Part shown: piece after piece, positions 13,301 through 25,300 of the stretch
Numbering within the stretch: position 1 is the first letter of the stretch
Layout: every line of letters starts with the position of its first letter
Assembly: GCA_002633005.1 (NCBI GenBank)
Contig: NMRA01000020.1
Coordinates: 1,093,717 to 1,157,716, forward strand
Length of the DNA: 64,000 nucleotides
Origin: Phoronis australis
Lineage: Eukaryota > Animalia > Phoronida
Direction: 5' to 3'
Notes under the pieces: generated by a model
The model's input: the letters and a program-made list of their open reading frames with translations, nothing else
The model's database searches: none
Told to the model about the DNA's origin: nothing
Program-made: the position numbers and the translations under genes

Positions 13301-16300
13301 CTACACACTGTTTTTTAATTTTGCTTAAAATTACTATTTTGTGCAATTACTGCTTCACTGAAAACATAAGAGCATTTTTTCTGGTAAAACTGGCCTCACT
13401 GTGTCACAAAATAGATACATTGGTTTGGGACATTCAGCCTCTCTTCTCAATCATCCATTAACTCCCCTGAATCGTTTGGCACACTTACTGAATTTGCATA
13501 TTTTGTCACGAGTTGTTAAAGTTAAATTAAACTTTGAAGCATTGGCGAAGGTCTACTGTGCTTCTAAGATTTTAGTGTAATATTCCGATAATAGTCAAAA
13601 TGCGGGTTTAGTGTTCTTTCAACAGTATCTTTATTAATTCTTTTTATCAGAAAGTTGTCTTGTTCTGAAAATAAGATGCTAAATGTTATAGAAATATATT
13701 TTGTGGCCATTTTTTGCATCTACTTCATCTGCCAAACCTTGAAATAACAGTAATGTAATGTCAATGGGTTGATTATATTTCTATTTATGCTTAGCTCTTT
13801 TCTATGCCTCAAGTCAACACATCTTCAAAACAGCTAGTCAATAAAATTATAAAAATTCCAGTGAAATGATGTTCATGATCACCATTTTTTAAACATTTGT
13901 GGTGAAATCTTGCTTATGGACATGCAATTCAGCAATCTATCTGTTTCTGTGAATACATTAATATGATGTTATAACTGGCTTTCTTGTCAGACAGTGGAGA
14001 TGTGTTGCTTGCCAGCTGTGGTCAGGACTGCTTTATCAGACTTTGGAGGATAACACCTGCCTGTCAGAGACACCTGGTGGCTAATGTTGCTGACCTTCAG
14101 ATGGAGGATGTTCAAGATATTAAGGTCAAGGAAATCACTTTTAGCGTGGATTACGAAGGTACTAAGAAATAAGTCGCTGAAGTTGTTTATTGTTTAAATG
14201 TGATAACCAGCTTGACCCATTTATGTGCCCCTATATTATGTAGTCTATCTAGTATCTATGTTTGACATCTGTCCATCTTGCGTCCATGGCTGTTTCTCCT
14301 GAACCCCTAGGATTGTTGTAAAATTCGGCTACAACAGATGATGGCAACTTTATTTTAGTTTATTTTTTACGTTTGCCTCTGTATTTTTAGAGTTCTTGGA
14401 TCGATTTTTATGAAATTTTGGCTAGTGGCCATTCTTGTTGATTTCTCATTGGTGGATTTAGGAGGTACTCTCCTGGCATGTCCAAAAATTGTAGAAATTG
14501 CTGCAACAGGCTATCTGTATAGCCATAGCTAATGCCTGTCCTGTAGGCCTTGAGTTGGTCCCCTTTTGAATACTTAAACTCTGATTAGAATCTAAATGTA
14601 TTTTGATAATTTTGATATGATCTTCTTAGTAACCAGGCATTTAAACTGCAAATTAGCTGACTTTTCTGGAAACACTGGTATGTTCTTAACTGTTTACTGC
14701 TCCAGTGCTTCAAATTAACCATCCAATCAGGCATGCCACTTTCATGATTTACTTTTCCAACAGCAAATGTTACCTGCTTTCGAGCAGTTTGGCGTCAGTT
14801 AGTGTGGAGCCTTGATAGCGATGTGGAATTCAGGAGACATATTAGAGGTGCTGCTGTCACTTTTCAAGTGCATTGTGGGACAGTTGCCATCGTGTGAGCA
14901 TTTGGTATCACCACAAATAACTTGGTGACATTCACCTTACTGTGTATGGGCGGGCGGACCGAACAGGCAGGTGGGAAGGGAGGGAAAGAGGGAGGTAGGA
15001 CTTCAGTGACTTTATCACCACAAATACAGGCATCAAATATAAATGGGATTCATTTTGGAATTCTGTACCATTTCCAGGACAGAAACACTATACCTATGGA
15101 AAGTCAATGAATCAGATGTGTCTAGTTTGTAATCTTTTTTTTTAAGTCAAACACTTTAGAACTAAATGTTGCATGGACTACGTTCTGAGGGTTGTCATTT
15201 TGATTTCTTGATTTTACTGAAATGCCCTTTGATTCATTTCAGCTCGTCAATTGGTTGCAAGTACTTGATTGCATTCTTGCTGGATGTGTCTCGAGTTTCT
15301 TGAAGTTCTTAGATGCAATTTTCAAGTATACAGTTGGTGTCACTCAATGTGTGGAGTCACCATCTTAGTTACTTCATCTGATTCTATTGCATGTTACTCC
15401 GTTATTTCAGACCAGAGCCTGGAGTACTATGTTTTGCTGGAGTCGGTACTCATGGCACACGAAAACTGGATCTATGGTATCAAATGGCACCCTGTAATCT
15501 ACAAAGGTATGTGACCTGACATTATTTCTTAGGAGGAGGTTCAGCCTTACAAATTTCCCTTTAAGTTAATACCTCTGGAAATATCTCATGATATTAATAA
15601 GCACTGATGACTAACTTGGTACTTATATTGGAATTTTTTCAAAAAACTAATTAAGTTTATAGAGTCTGTTTCAATCTGAGAGGACCATAACTTAATGATC
15701 TTGCATTTTTGACAAAATTCATAAAGGTTTGCTCGCTTTGTATACTGAAAGTGGTTAGTACTATTACTCAAGGTAATCTTTTGTTGATAAGTTATTTTGG
15801 AAAATCAGTTATCGCACCGTCTATGATTGATTAATGTTTTTTCTTTTCAAGATGGCTGTTGTCACCAGCCCATGTGCCTGTTATCTGCTTCTATGGACAA
15901 AACTATGATCATCTGGAGACCAGACCCTGTCTCTGGAGTGTGGCTTGATCAGGTATTATATGTTATCATGTAGTGTAATAGTAGAGAAAAACAAAATTAA
16001 TCAAGAGAAGTATAATAAATCATATTTTTGCTAAATTTGGCATGTCTTGACTAGATCATTTTGATACATTTAGCACTGACTTTCAACGATGTCATTATGT
16101 TGGTTTTCAGACTCTAAAATGTGAATTACCGGTGTGGAGATGATGTCATTATCACATTTTTAGGATCATCACGTAGCCAACATTGATAGAGAGTGAAACT
16201 CAATAATTCTTTTTTAATATGTCATTACATCTTTTAAGTAATCTGTTGGAAAGGGGCTGTGCTTGGGCTTGTCACTGACTATGATACACTGTCAGTCAGT

Positions 16301-19300
16301 CAGCTTGCGGAGTTGTTTTATTAAAAATAGGCTTGGAATGGACAAAAGAACAATAATTGATTATATTTGAGGAAAGACATCATATTTTACAGTCATGATG
16401 CAACAGTGGTTTAAATAAAAAATAATCGACAATTAACATTTAGTGACATCGAAACAAAATTAATGTGACCATGATACGTGTCAGCACGTCCAGCTTTCAA
16501 GTGCTTAAACACCATCTATGAAAGTTGACTGTGCTTGTGATCTGTGTCAGCACAGTCAGCTTTCAAGTGCTTAAAGCACCACCTACAGAAGTTGACTGTG
16601 ATTGTGATCTATGTGCTTTTAAGTGCTTAAAGTGCCACCTACAGAAGTTGACTGTGATCGTGATCTGTGTCAGCATGCTCAGCTTTCAAGTGCTTTAAGC
16701 GCCACCTACAAAAGTTGACACAGAGAAGGTGACACAGAGTTAGTTAACACAGCAAAACATTGTGTAAACAGAAATTGACACAGAACCAGTTGTCACCGCC
16801 GTGTCAATTTCGTCACCATCTGTTGAGGTAAAGCAAGTTGTGCTTGATCATCTCGTTCCGTGTCAACTTACCAACTAAACACGAATCTGGGCCAAGGCAG
16901 ACGCGATCATGTTACCTGGGCTTGTGCAATAGCACACTCTCGGTCACCATTTTCATGCCATATCTACATGTACTCCTGACTTCCTTTACCTTTCGCCTGT
17001 TAGCTTAGCTGTTGCTGATTAACCTTTTTTCCCTCTAAATGTGCAGAAACATGCACTATTTTCTCTTTGTCAGCCTAAACTGCAACTCCAACCTTTGTAA
17101 TCTTGAACATGCGCACTCAACATTCTTGCCCACAACTTCCGTCTCTCCATCGTTTCTGAGTTTGTGTGTAAACAGCAGTTTGACAGTGATCATCTTGCTC
17201 CGTGTCAGTTTGCGCCATGTTACAGTTGATGTCTAAACACTGCTTCAGTCATATAGTTTCCAGCATCGAATAACAATGAGATCTCATGAACATTACTTCA
17301 ACAAGGAATTTTTAAAGGGAGTTAAAACAGCGTTTCCACAGCAGCGATCAATATGAATAATTCGTTACCACAGCAGTGGTCGTTTAGAAAGTTGTCAACT
17401 CTGATATATTGACCGCTGAAAATTCAAACTTCATAATCTGTCCAGTAAGTCTGTTATGCATTTTATCGGAAGTGTGATACCAAGATTTCATTTTTTAATC
17501 TTAATTACATTAAGATATCATTTTTTCATCCCTCTAGTCTACAGCATGAATTCTCAGAAATGACACATAGTCTATCCATCATTATTTTCAGGTGCGAGTG
17601 GGAGAAGTGGGTGGAAACACTCTTGGTCTTTATGGCTGTCAGTTCAGCCCTGACGGCAGATCGATACTGGCACATGGTTACCAAGGGGCGCTTCATCTCT
17701 GGCACTTCGATCAGGTAGGTCTCACGTAGCTTGTTAGTCATCATTTTTCTGTCTTCTTTTGCTTTGCTTATCCTTGGAAAATAGTAAATATTTATAGACT
17801 TGCCTACGGAATGAAATGTCCCTTCATTCATGGTTTAAAAGGATTTACCGTGAAGACTTTAAGAGGAAACTGACCAGTGATTTCCACTTGTTGCTACCTT
17901 AACTGCCCAATCAGCACCAAGAGTCTGTACATAGTCATTGTTATTATCTTTTTTTTTAATAAATTCATTATTATCATTTAACTCATTCGACCCTGAGCAC
18001 CATATGGAATAAATTGCTTAGTGGCCTGGCTGAGCTGTGGAATGTCTACCCCCTTGAAGTCGGAGGGTATTTCACTCAGAACTAGGTCACAAGCACTGCA
18101 CATAATTAAAATCTCATCACTCAGTCATTAGTAAACATATACTTACCAAATTTTCAGCAATACATCTTGAGTAAATGAGCTTCATGTTGATATAAAATTT
18201 ATCCAAGAGTTCAATATCGATAAAGGGTTGAACAAGTAGTTTTACTTTTTGTTTTCCAGAAACAAAGACGTTTGTTTACAAATAATCCATTTAAATTTCC
18301 AGAAAACATATTGTCAAGAAAGTTTTCTGTGTAGCATATCCTCATCATAAACTAGATCACTGAAATCTGTATCTAAATCTGACCACTCAGTGCCATCAGT
18401 ATCCACACTATCATATCCATAATCATTGAAGTCTATATCTAAATGTGACCAGTGTCATCAGTATCCACACTATCCTCCATAATAAAGACTTCAAGAACTG
18501 TGAGAGAGCAGCAGAGATGATGTCGGTATAATATCAAGGGCAATTTCAAGTGAGTATGTGCACAGTGCTAGTCAAAGAGCAGAATGTTCCTAGTAATTGA
18601 ACATTTTGTTATTGTTTCTGGTCAGTTCAAATAAAATAAACAGGAGCACCCTAGCAGATGATTAAGTGGTGACAGCAGTGTTATGTAACACCAATTAGGA
18701 GACAATTCAGGGCAATTAGCTTCATTCTAGTCTTCAAATCAAACAAACATACTATATTTCAGGGAGGAATATCTATATAACCTTTCAAAAGTTACCACAA
18801 CAACCACTACAAAGTTAACACGCTTCCTGGTTTTTCCTTGAATTGATAATTTGCTTGTGAAGAAATGGTTCTAAATTCCAGAAATAACAGCCAATAAGCA
18901 TTAACTTCACAAACAAGAAGTTAACACAGAGTATGGTGTCTCAGTCCTCATTGGATAGAAAACTGGGAATACCCTAGATATATTTAAACTTAAACCAATA
19001 AATTGCTGCCTCCTATCCCTCCTGAAGGCGTGATCCGCCTGTGAGATCCATTCTTAGATAACGCCTCCAGAGGGCATCAGGCCCTGAGTGAAAATAAACA
19101 GTCAGGCCATAAGGTGGGATCAGGGAGTCATTTAATTTGATTATTCTGGTAAGTTAGGCCTTGAGGACCATGTTGTGAAGAAGTCTTGTAATAGTTATTA
19201 TACATCATTATAATTATTGTAACAGTTGTCTTTGGTGCAGGGTATCTCAAGAAGTTTGCTTGAAAATTTGTAACCTATATATTGGATTTGGTGTATTCAG

Positions 19301-22300
19301 GAGACAGTCAGTTGGACACCAGAGGTCGCTGTGAGTGGTCACTATGATGCCGTTCAAGACATTGCGTGGGATCCTGATGGTGAATTTTTAATCAGCTCCA
19401 GTGCAGATCAGACCATGAGGCTCTATGTGCCTTGGAAGCGGAAAGAACAGATGGTATGTTAAAAGTTTTAATAACCGAAAATTCGTTTTCCCCACAGACT
19501 TTTCTCGCCATTACCTAAATTACAAATACAGCACACATCACGAAATTTTGTCCGCCTGGTCGGAAATTGGTCGACGACTAGCTGTCGACCGGTCGGCAAA
19601 TTAGCCGACCGGTCGGCTAAAAATTAGCCGACCAGCAGCCGCCCGCAGTGCCGACTCATAAGGCGACCCCACAGCCGACCCTGTAGCCGACCGGCCATCA
19701 GCCTACCAGCTGGTCGGCTGCTGTTTTTAGGCTAGAGTACCAGTTGTGTAATAGGTTGTCAAGCTCATACCACTTTGCGTGTCGATGCATATTCGTCATA
19801 GCACAGGGTCAACTAAATTTACCTAGTTTTGCTGTCTCGGTTACATGAGTTCACGTCGGTTGTGTAACACCACTACTTCGAAGGTTGAAGGCAAGCGGCA
19901 TTAGTAAACATTGGATTATGGACAATGCAACAAGTTTTGGATGAAATACGTGAAAGTTTTCTTTACATTTGATCTTTAATTTGACTCGTGACATTAACAA
20001 ATTGTATTAGATCGGTTGCTTCCCGGTCAATACAACGCTGTATAGTCATTTTGTAAACGCGGCTGTTTTTCGCAGTCTTCGCCCACAATTGATTTTGTTT
20101 GTGTAACGCCAAACTGCATCGTTTTTGCGTGTTTTAAGTTTTTCACTGGTCTCCTATCAAGCGCCCATGATGAAGGATTAGTGAGTGAGTTGTTACACCG
20201 CGAAGAGTTCTCACTCCGGGGATTTTATTTTCATAGTATTGACCCTTGCAGTACAGACGCGAAATTCACGGTCCAGTATGCCCTAAACCCATGGACTTCG
20301 ATGGCTCTAACTTCGAAATCATANCATATTAGACATGCATATTGCATCATACCTCATCAGAGTAAAACTTGTTATCAATGATAGTAGAAACAATTATTTT
20401 TATCATTGCCACAAGACGTTAACAAACGCAGTCAGTGTCTGGAACTGTTGTGTCTACAGTCTACATTGCTGATGAATTAAAGTCGGTCTAATTCCATTTT
20501 TATATCACTGATCCATGCCAAAGGTTTGAAATTGCGCCCCCTTAAGAGTTTTGACTTGCACTGGTGATCACTAAAATCCGATGCAAACTTATAGAAGTTG
20601 TTTTTTAACCAGGGTAATAGAGCTGAAAATTCTGTATGTTTTCGTTTGCGAGAGTGTTATTTTTGAATTACTGAGTTAATAATTTTTACGCTCTACATGA
20701 AAACAAAGACAATTTTTTTAGGATTACCCGTACCAGGTTACCCCGAAAATGTTATTTTCAAAGTTTTACCCCCTGGAGTATACGCGAAACGCCAAGTATT
20801 GTGTTCTTACGCCAAAGGGCTCGGAAGGCTCTAGCCTTGGTGCGAAGGTGTTTACTAAATTAAATACACAAATTTATGCCATTGTGGGTAAAAGTGACCG
20901 AATAAACTCTTTCCTAGAGTAATCTAAATTATTTACCAGCGTTGCAAAATTTGGTTTTCTACAATTATTCTGCTGCTAAAATTAGGGTATGACCTTTTGC
21001 GTCGACTTTCGACGCAATGAAATATTGCGTCCCCTATTAGTCAGTTTCTTTTTCCCAGATTCTTCAATCAAACCCTCGAGGTTGCGTAGACGTCACGACA
21101 AATGATCAGAATTGGTTTCACTTCATTATATGTTTTTGGAATTTTGATATCAGTGAACCAAATTTTAGAACAAATTTTGCTGAGATGTTGTCACCATCTA
21201 ATGGGAGATGTCAAAAACATTTTGAAATTGGCGCGTGTGAACTCTTTTCAAAACGACGACATACGTTTTTTCGTTACAAAAGGCAGAGAATTACGCAAGA
21301 AGATGACGTCGGATGTTTTTCGTTTAAACGGCCGTAACGGGCAACTTGAATGCCAATTGGCTTCCAGAGTTTGCATGCGAACTCACCGGTCTTGAGCTCA
21401 TGTTGATACAAGTTTTTCGACGAGGTGACAAGCGTACATGTAACTATCCGGGCTGTGTGAAGTTTCGAGGTCTGTTTGAGCTCAATACGCAGTGGCACCT
21501 TGCTGTATTTTGAAAATAGTCTTCACTGCTAGGTGGCTAGATAGGAAGGCTTTAGCTTCTAAAATTTTTTTACTGCGAAAGTGACAACAATTTCAGAATG
21601 ATGATGGATGATGGATTACACTATAAACCGATCACAGTCTTCCATTTTCATGCGCCCATGATTTAATATCGGCGCTATGTTCAAACCATTGTTTATATTG
21701 TTCCTAAAATAAACTTGGGTTCTATTGCTGTACCAACATATGAAGAAATTATACAGAAATAAACAATAATTATCTGTGGTAAAGCGCAATATACAGCGTG
21801 ATGAAGTGATGATCAAGAGCAATAACGGATGAGCGCAAATGCGTGCTGCTTGTTGAGCAATCCGCGGCATGAAAACATTTGAGGTCGTGAAATATCTAGT
21901 GTTGTATTCTGATTTTTATGCAATTTTGCTGTAAATTTCAAATTTCGTGCTTGTTTTTATGCATGATGTACTGTATAAAAAGTCTCATATCTAAAGTTAG
22001 AAATTATTTTTCCGCTATATCACTTAACGTTTGATTTTACCACGCCGTCAATAATTCAACATAAGGTTTTCGGTTTGTGTAATGTCACGCACTTTGTATT
22101 TGTAGGTTGATTCGATTTTACCTCCATTCAATAGTTGAACAAAATTTGATAAACGGATGTCAAGACCGGAGTTGCCACTGGTAAACGAACAGCGAACAGT
22201 TAAATGTTTGTTTGTCCAAAGTTCACCCGCTAAGTCATAAAATGGTAATTGCCGACCAAGGACACGCTTAATCCGAATTGGTCGTCTACGCTAGGCGACC

Positions 22301-25300
22301 AATTAGCCGACCCAAGTGCCGACCACAGAGGCGACTCAGCAAACGGCTCCTAGCCGACCGTTGTTGGTCGGCTAGACGACCGGTCGACGGCCGGTCATCG
22401 ACCAATTTCCGACCGGTCGGCCAAAAATTCGTGATTTGTGCTGTAGGTGGGTGATGCGTAGCCGGCGTGGTAAAACAATAAAATGTTGATTGTAATATCA
22501 TCTTTGACTTTTTTCTAAAGGTGCGCTAGACTGTAGTGGGCACTGGCATATTTTAAACATAATTGACAGCCAAAATGTTTTGTTAATGACCTGATGTTTG
22601 TGCACTTGTTAACTGTTTACCAGTTTTGTTTTGTACATAGTGTGGTGGCTGAGCTAGTCATCTGTTTCAAGTCATCTTGACCATTTTCCACTAGGTTGAT
22701 CATTTTTGTCATGAATTATGTAAGTTAAGTTTGTCCCTCATGATGTATACTCTGAAAATCATCTTCATAATCGGAAAAGTGGGTTTATGACCTTTTTAAA
22801 AGCAAACAGGACTCGGTCAAGAGACTGAATGATGACAGGGTCAGACGTGTTGGGTGCACCGAGCACTCTTTAAAATGTCATTTGTCTGCACAGTCACCGT
22901 TTCAGTTAATATGTAATCATCCCAAATGATTGTCAGGGAATACTTGATCACTGGCAGATTTTGTCTGTCGAGTGTTTCGTAAACCATTTTAATGTTGCTG
23001 TTTTTGCAGTTTGTTTAAAAATTTTCTATATTAAAGTTAGCTTTATTTTAATTTGTACATGTAAGTCATTTTAAAAAATAGCTCAGGTGAGGAGAATTCG
23101 CAGTGTCATTTGTGAAACTGAAAATTATAACATGACGGATGGACTTAGCAATTTGAGCTTGAAACAAATTACTGCAATATCCAGGAGGTTATGTAACACT
23201 GAGCCTGTCATTTGTGTTAAACTTGACAGTTAATGAAGCAGTAGATCCTGTTTAATTGAAAAATATTCACCAGCAACGTCAATTTACCATTTGAAACCAA
23301 ATGTTCTATGTAAGCTTTTATTAACCGTCATCAGTTTAGTAAATTTATTTACAACTCCGCAGTACAAAGTTCTTTTATACCGACAAAGTGCTACCAGCAC
23401 TTGGTGTGCAGAATGTAGAGGGAGGTTCTGAGGATTTAGTTTTCATCTTCCCTTCAAAGCCATTCAGGTAGAACAATTAATTGCAAAATCATTGCTGATC
23501 AAAATCTGCTCAGCGGACTTTAATTGCTCTTTTACAATATAGTACAAGCCAGACAAAATGGCCTGTCCTGACTCTTCACATCACCTGTAATCTGACTTCT
23601 GGCAATCATTTTCTGCCGCCATAATGTACATACTACTCACAGCACATCCATCCTATTATAATGTTCATAAAATAAATAAATGTACTGTGCACTAAGTGGC
23701 TTGATATTAACAACTTGATTATGGTTACATAAAGCTTTATTGCGCTAGCACTAATGTCCTGTTCACATCAACTGAACCCAATTAATATCCTGTTAAGACT
23801 TTTTCCCATCAAGTAAAATGCAGTACTAGAGAAGCGTTGGTGTGAAGTGCACTAATTAACTTCAGTGTTCCCATTAGCTTCTGTAGATAACAGAAATCAG
23901 AGTTCTCACTTGGTGACGTCATTGTCATTGAAGTTATCACTAGGTGGTGTAATGTGACTGTCACCATTGTCCCAGTAGTGACTACTGCCAACAACTTTGA
24001 TGGCCACCGAAATTGAGCATTCCTACTGTAGCAACGTGTCAATGTTCAATTCACTTATTTACTGCAAAGTAAACTTAAGCAGTTACTTTGTTCCAATTTT
24101 TAAAAGCGTCTCCACTTGTCGACATTCCCGTAAACGCCGAAGTATCGGCATTAATGAGAAAGGCATAAAGTTCCTGGTTTTAGTTGCCTGATAACAGTGT
24201 CACTGAATTCCTTTGATAAACAAATAGAAATTTTACAAACTGTAACTGATAGGAGGCTCAGTGTAGGAATGGACGTATGAAGGTTACAAAATGATGCACC
24301 CACATACATGAGGGTGCGTAAAAGCATTATTTAAAATATGTTGGGAAAAACCAATGTGTTAACACAACACGTTTAATATTATATTTATTAATTATTATGT
24401 TAACAGAGAGTAACAACCATGCTACAATTATTGCAACTTTTACAATCAGTTTTAAACTGCTCGGATGAAGAGTGATATCTTTTAAACCGCGCGGGTCATA
24501 TCAACGTGGTTATTAAAAACCAAGGTTATAACTCTCGGTCTGTAACCTTTCAAAGCAGTGTCATCTGTTGTACTGTTACAGTACCAAGGTTATATACCTC
24601 TGCAAGACCAGTATCCAAATACATGCCTAGGATCAATGTTTGTCCAAAGGGAGGAAGCTTTTCCTTGTAAACATTTTAGTACGGTCGTGCATTTTGCAGA
24701 GGTGAGCACTCTAAACGATTAGTTTATGCTGCCGTATCACCGTGTGGCATCTTTAAACATGAAGTTTAATTAACTTCATGTAGGAACACTAGACACTTTC
24801 ACACCATAACAAATTCAATGAAACAAAATATTCTTTGCAATGTTATTTCTTTATAATTATGCTCCAGTACGTCATGTACATGCAAAATCAGTTGGATTTT
24901 AAGCTCTGATTCAACTTCTGATAGAGATTTTAAATTGTTAGGCAACAGAATCTCTATTGTATGCCCTTAGGGCATTGCATCAGATCACACGGTTTGTTTA
25001 CGATTTGATTAGATGGGAAGTATGGGAATAGTTTGTAGCTCTTCCCTGTGTTAGCTTTCCAATGAATTACCCCCCCCCCCNGACAGCTGCTGTGATGCGG
25101 GAATTCCACATGGTTTCAACTGTCATGATGAGGAGTAACGTTTTTTGCCTTTGCCTCAATATCTGCAAACTTAAGTTACTTGATGAATTTGGTATGTGTT
25201 CCACTTGAGATCAATACTCAATGATCTTGATTTTGGGATGATTCCAAAGACTGTGGCGTCTCCTAGAGGCAATTCGGGTATTCTTTGCATGTGACTGAAA

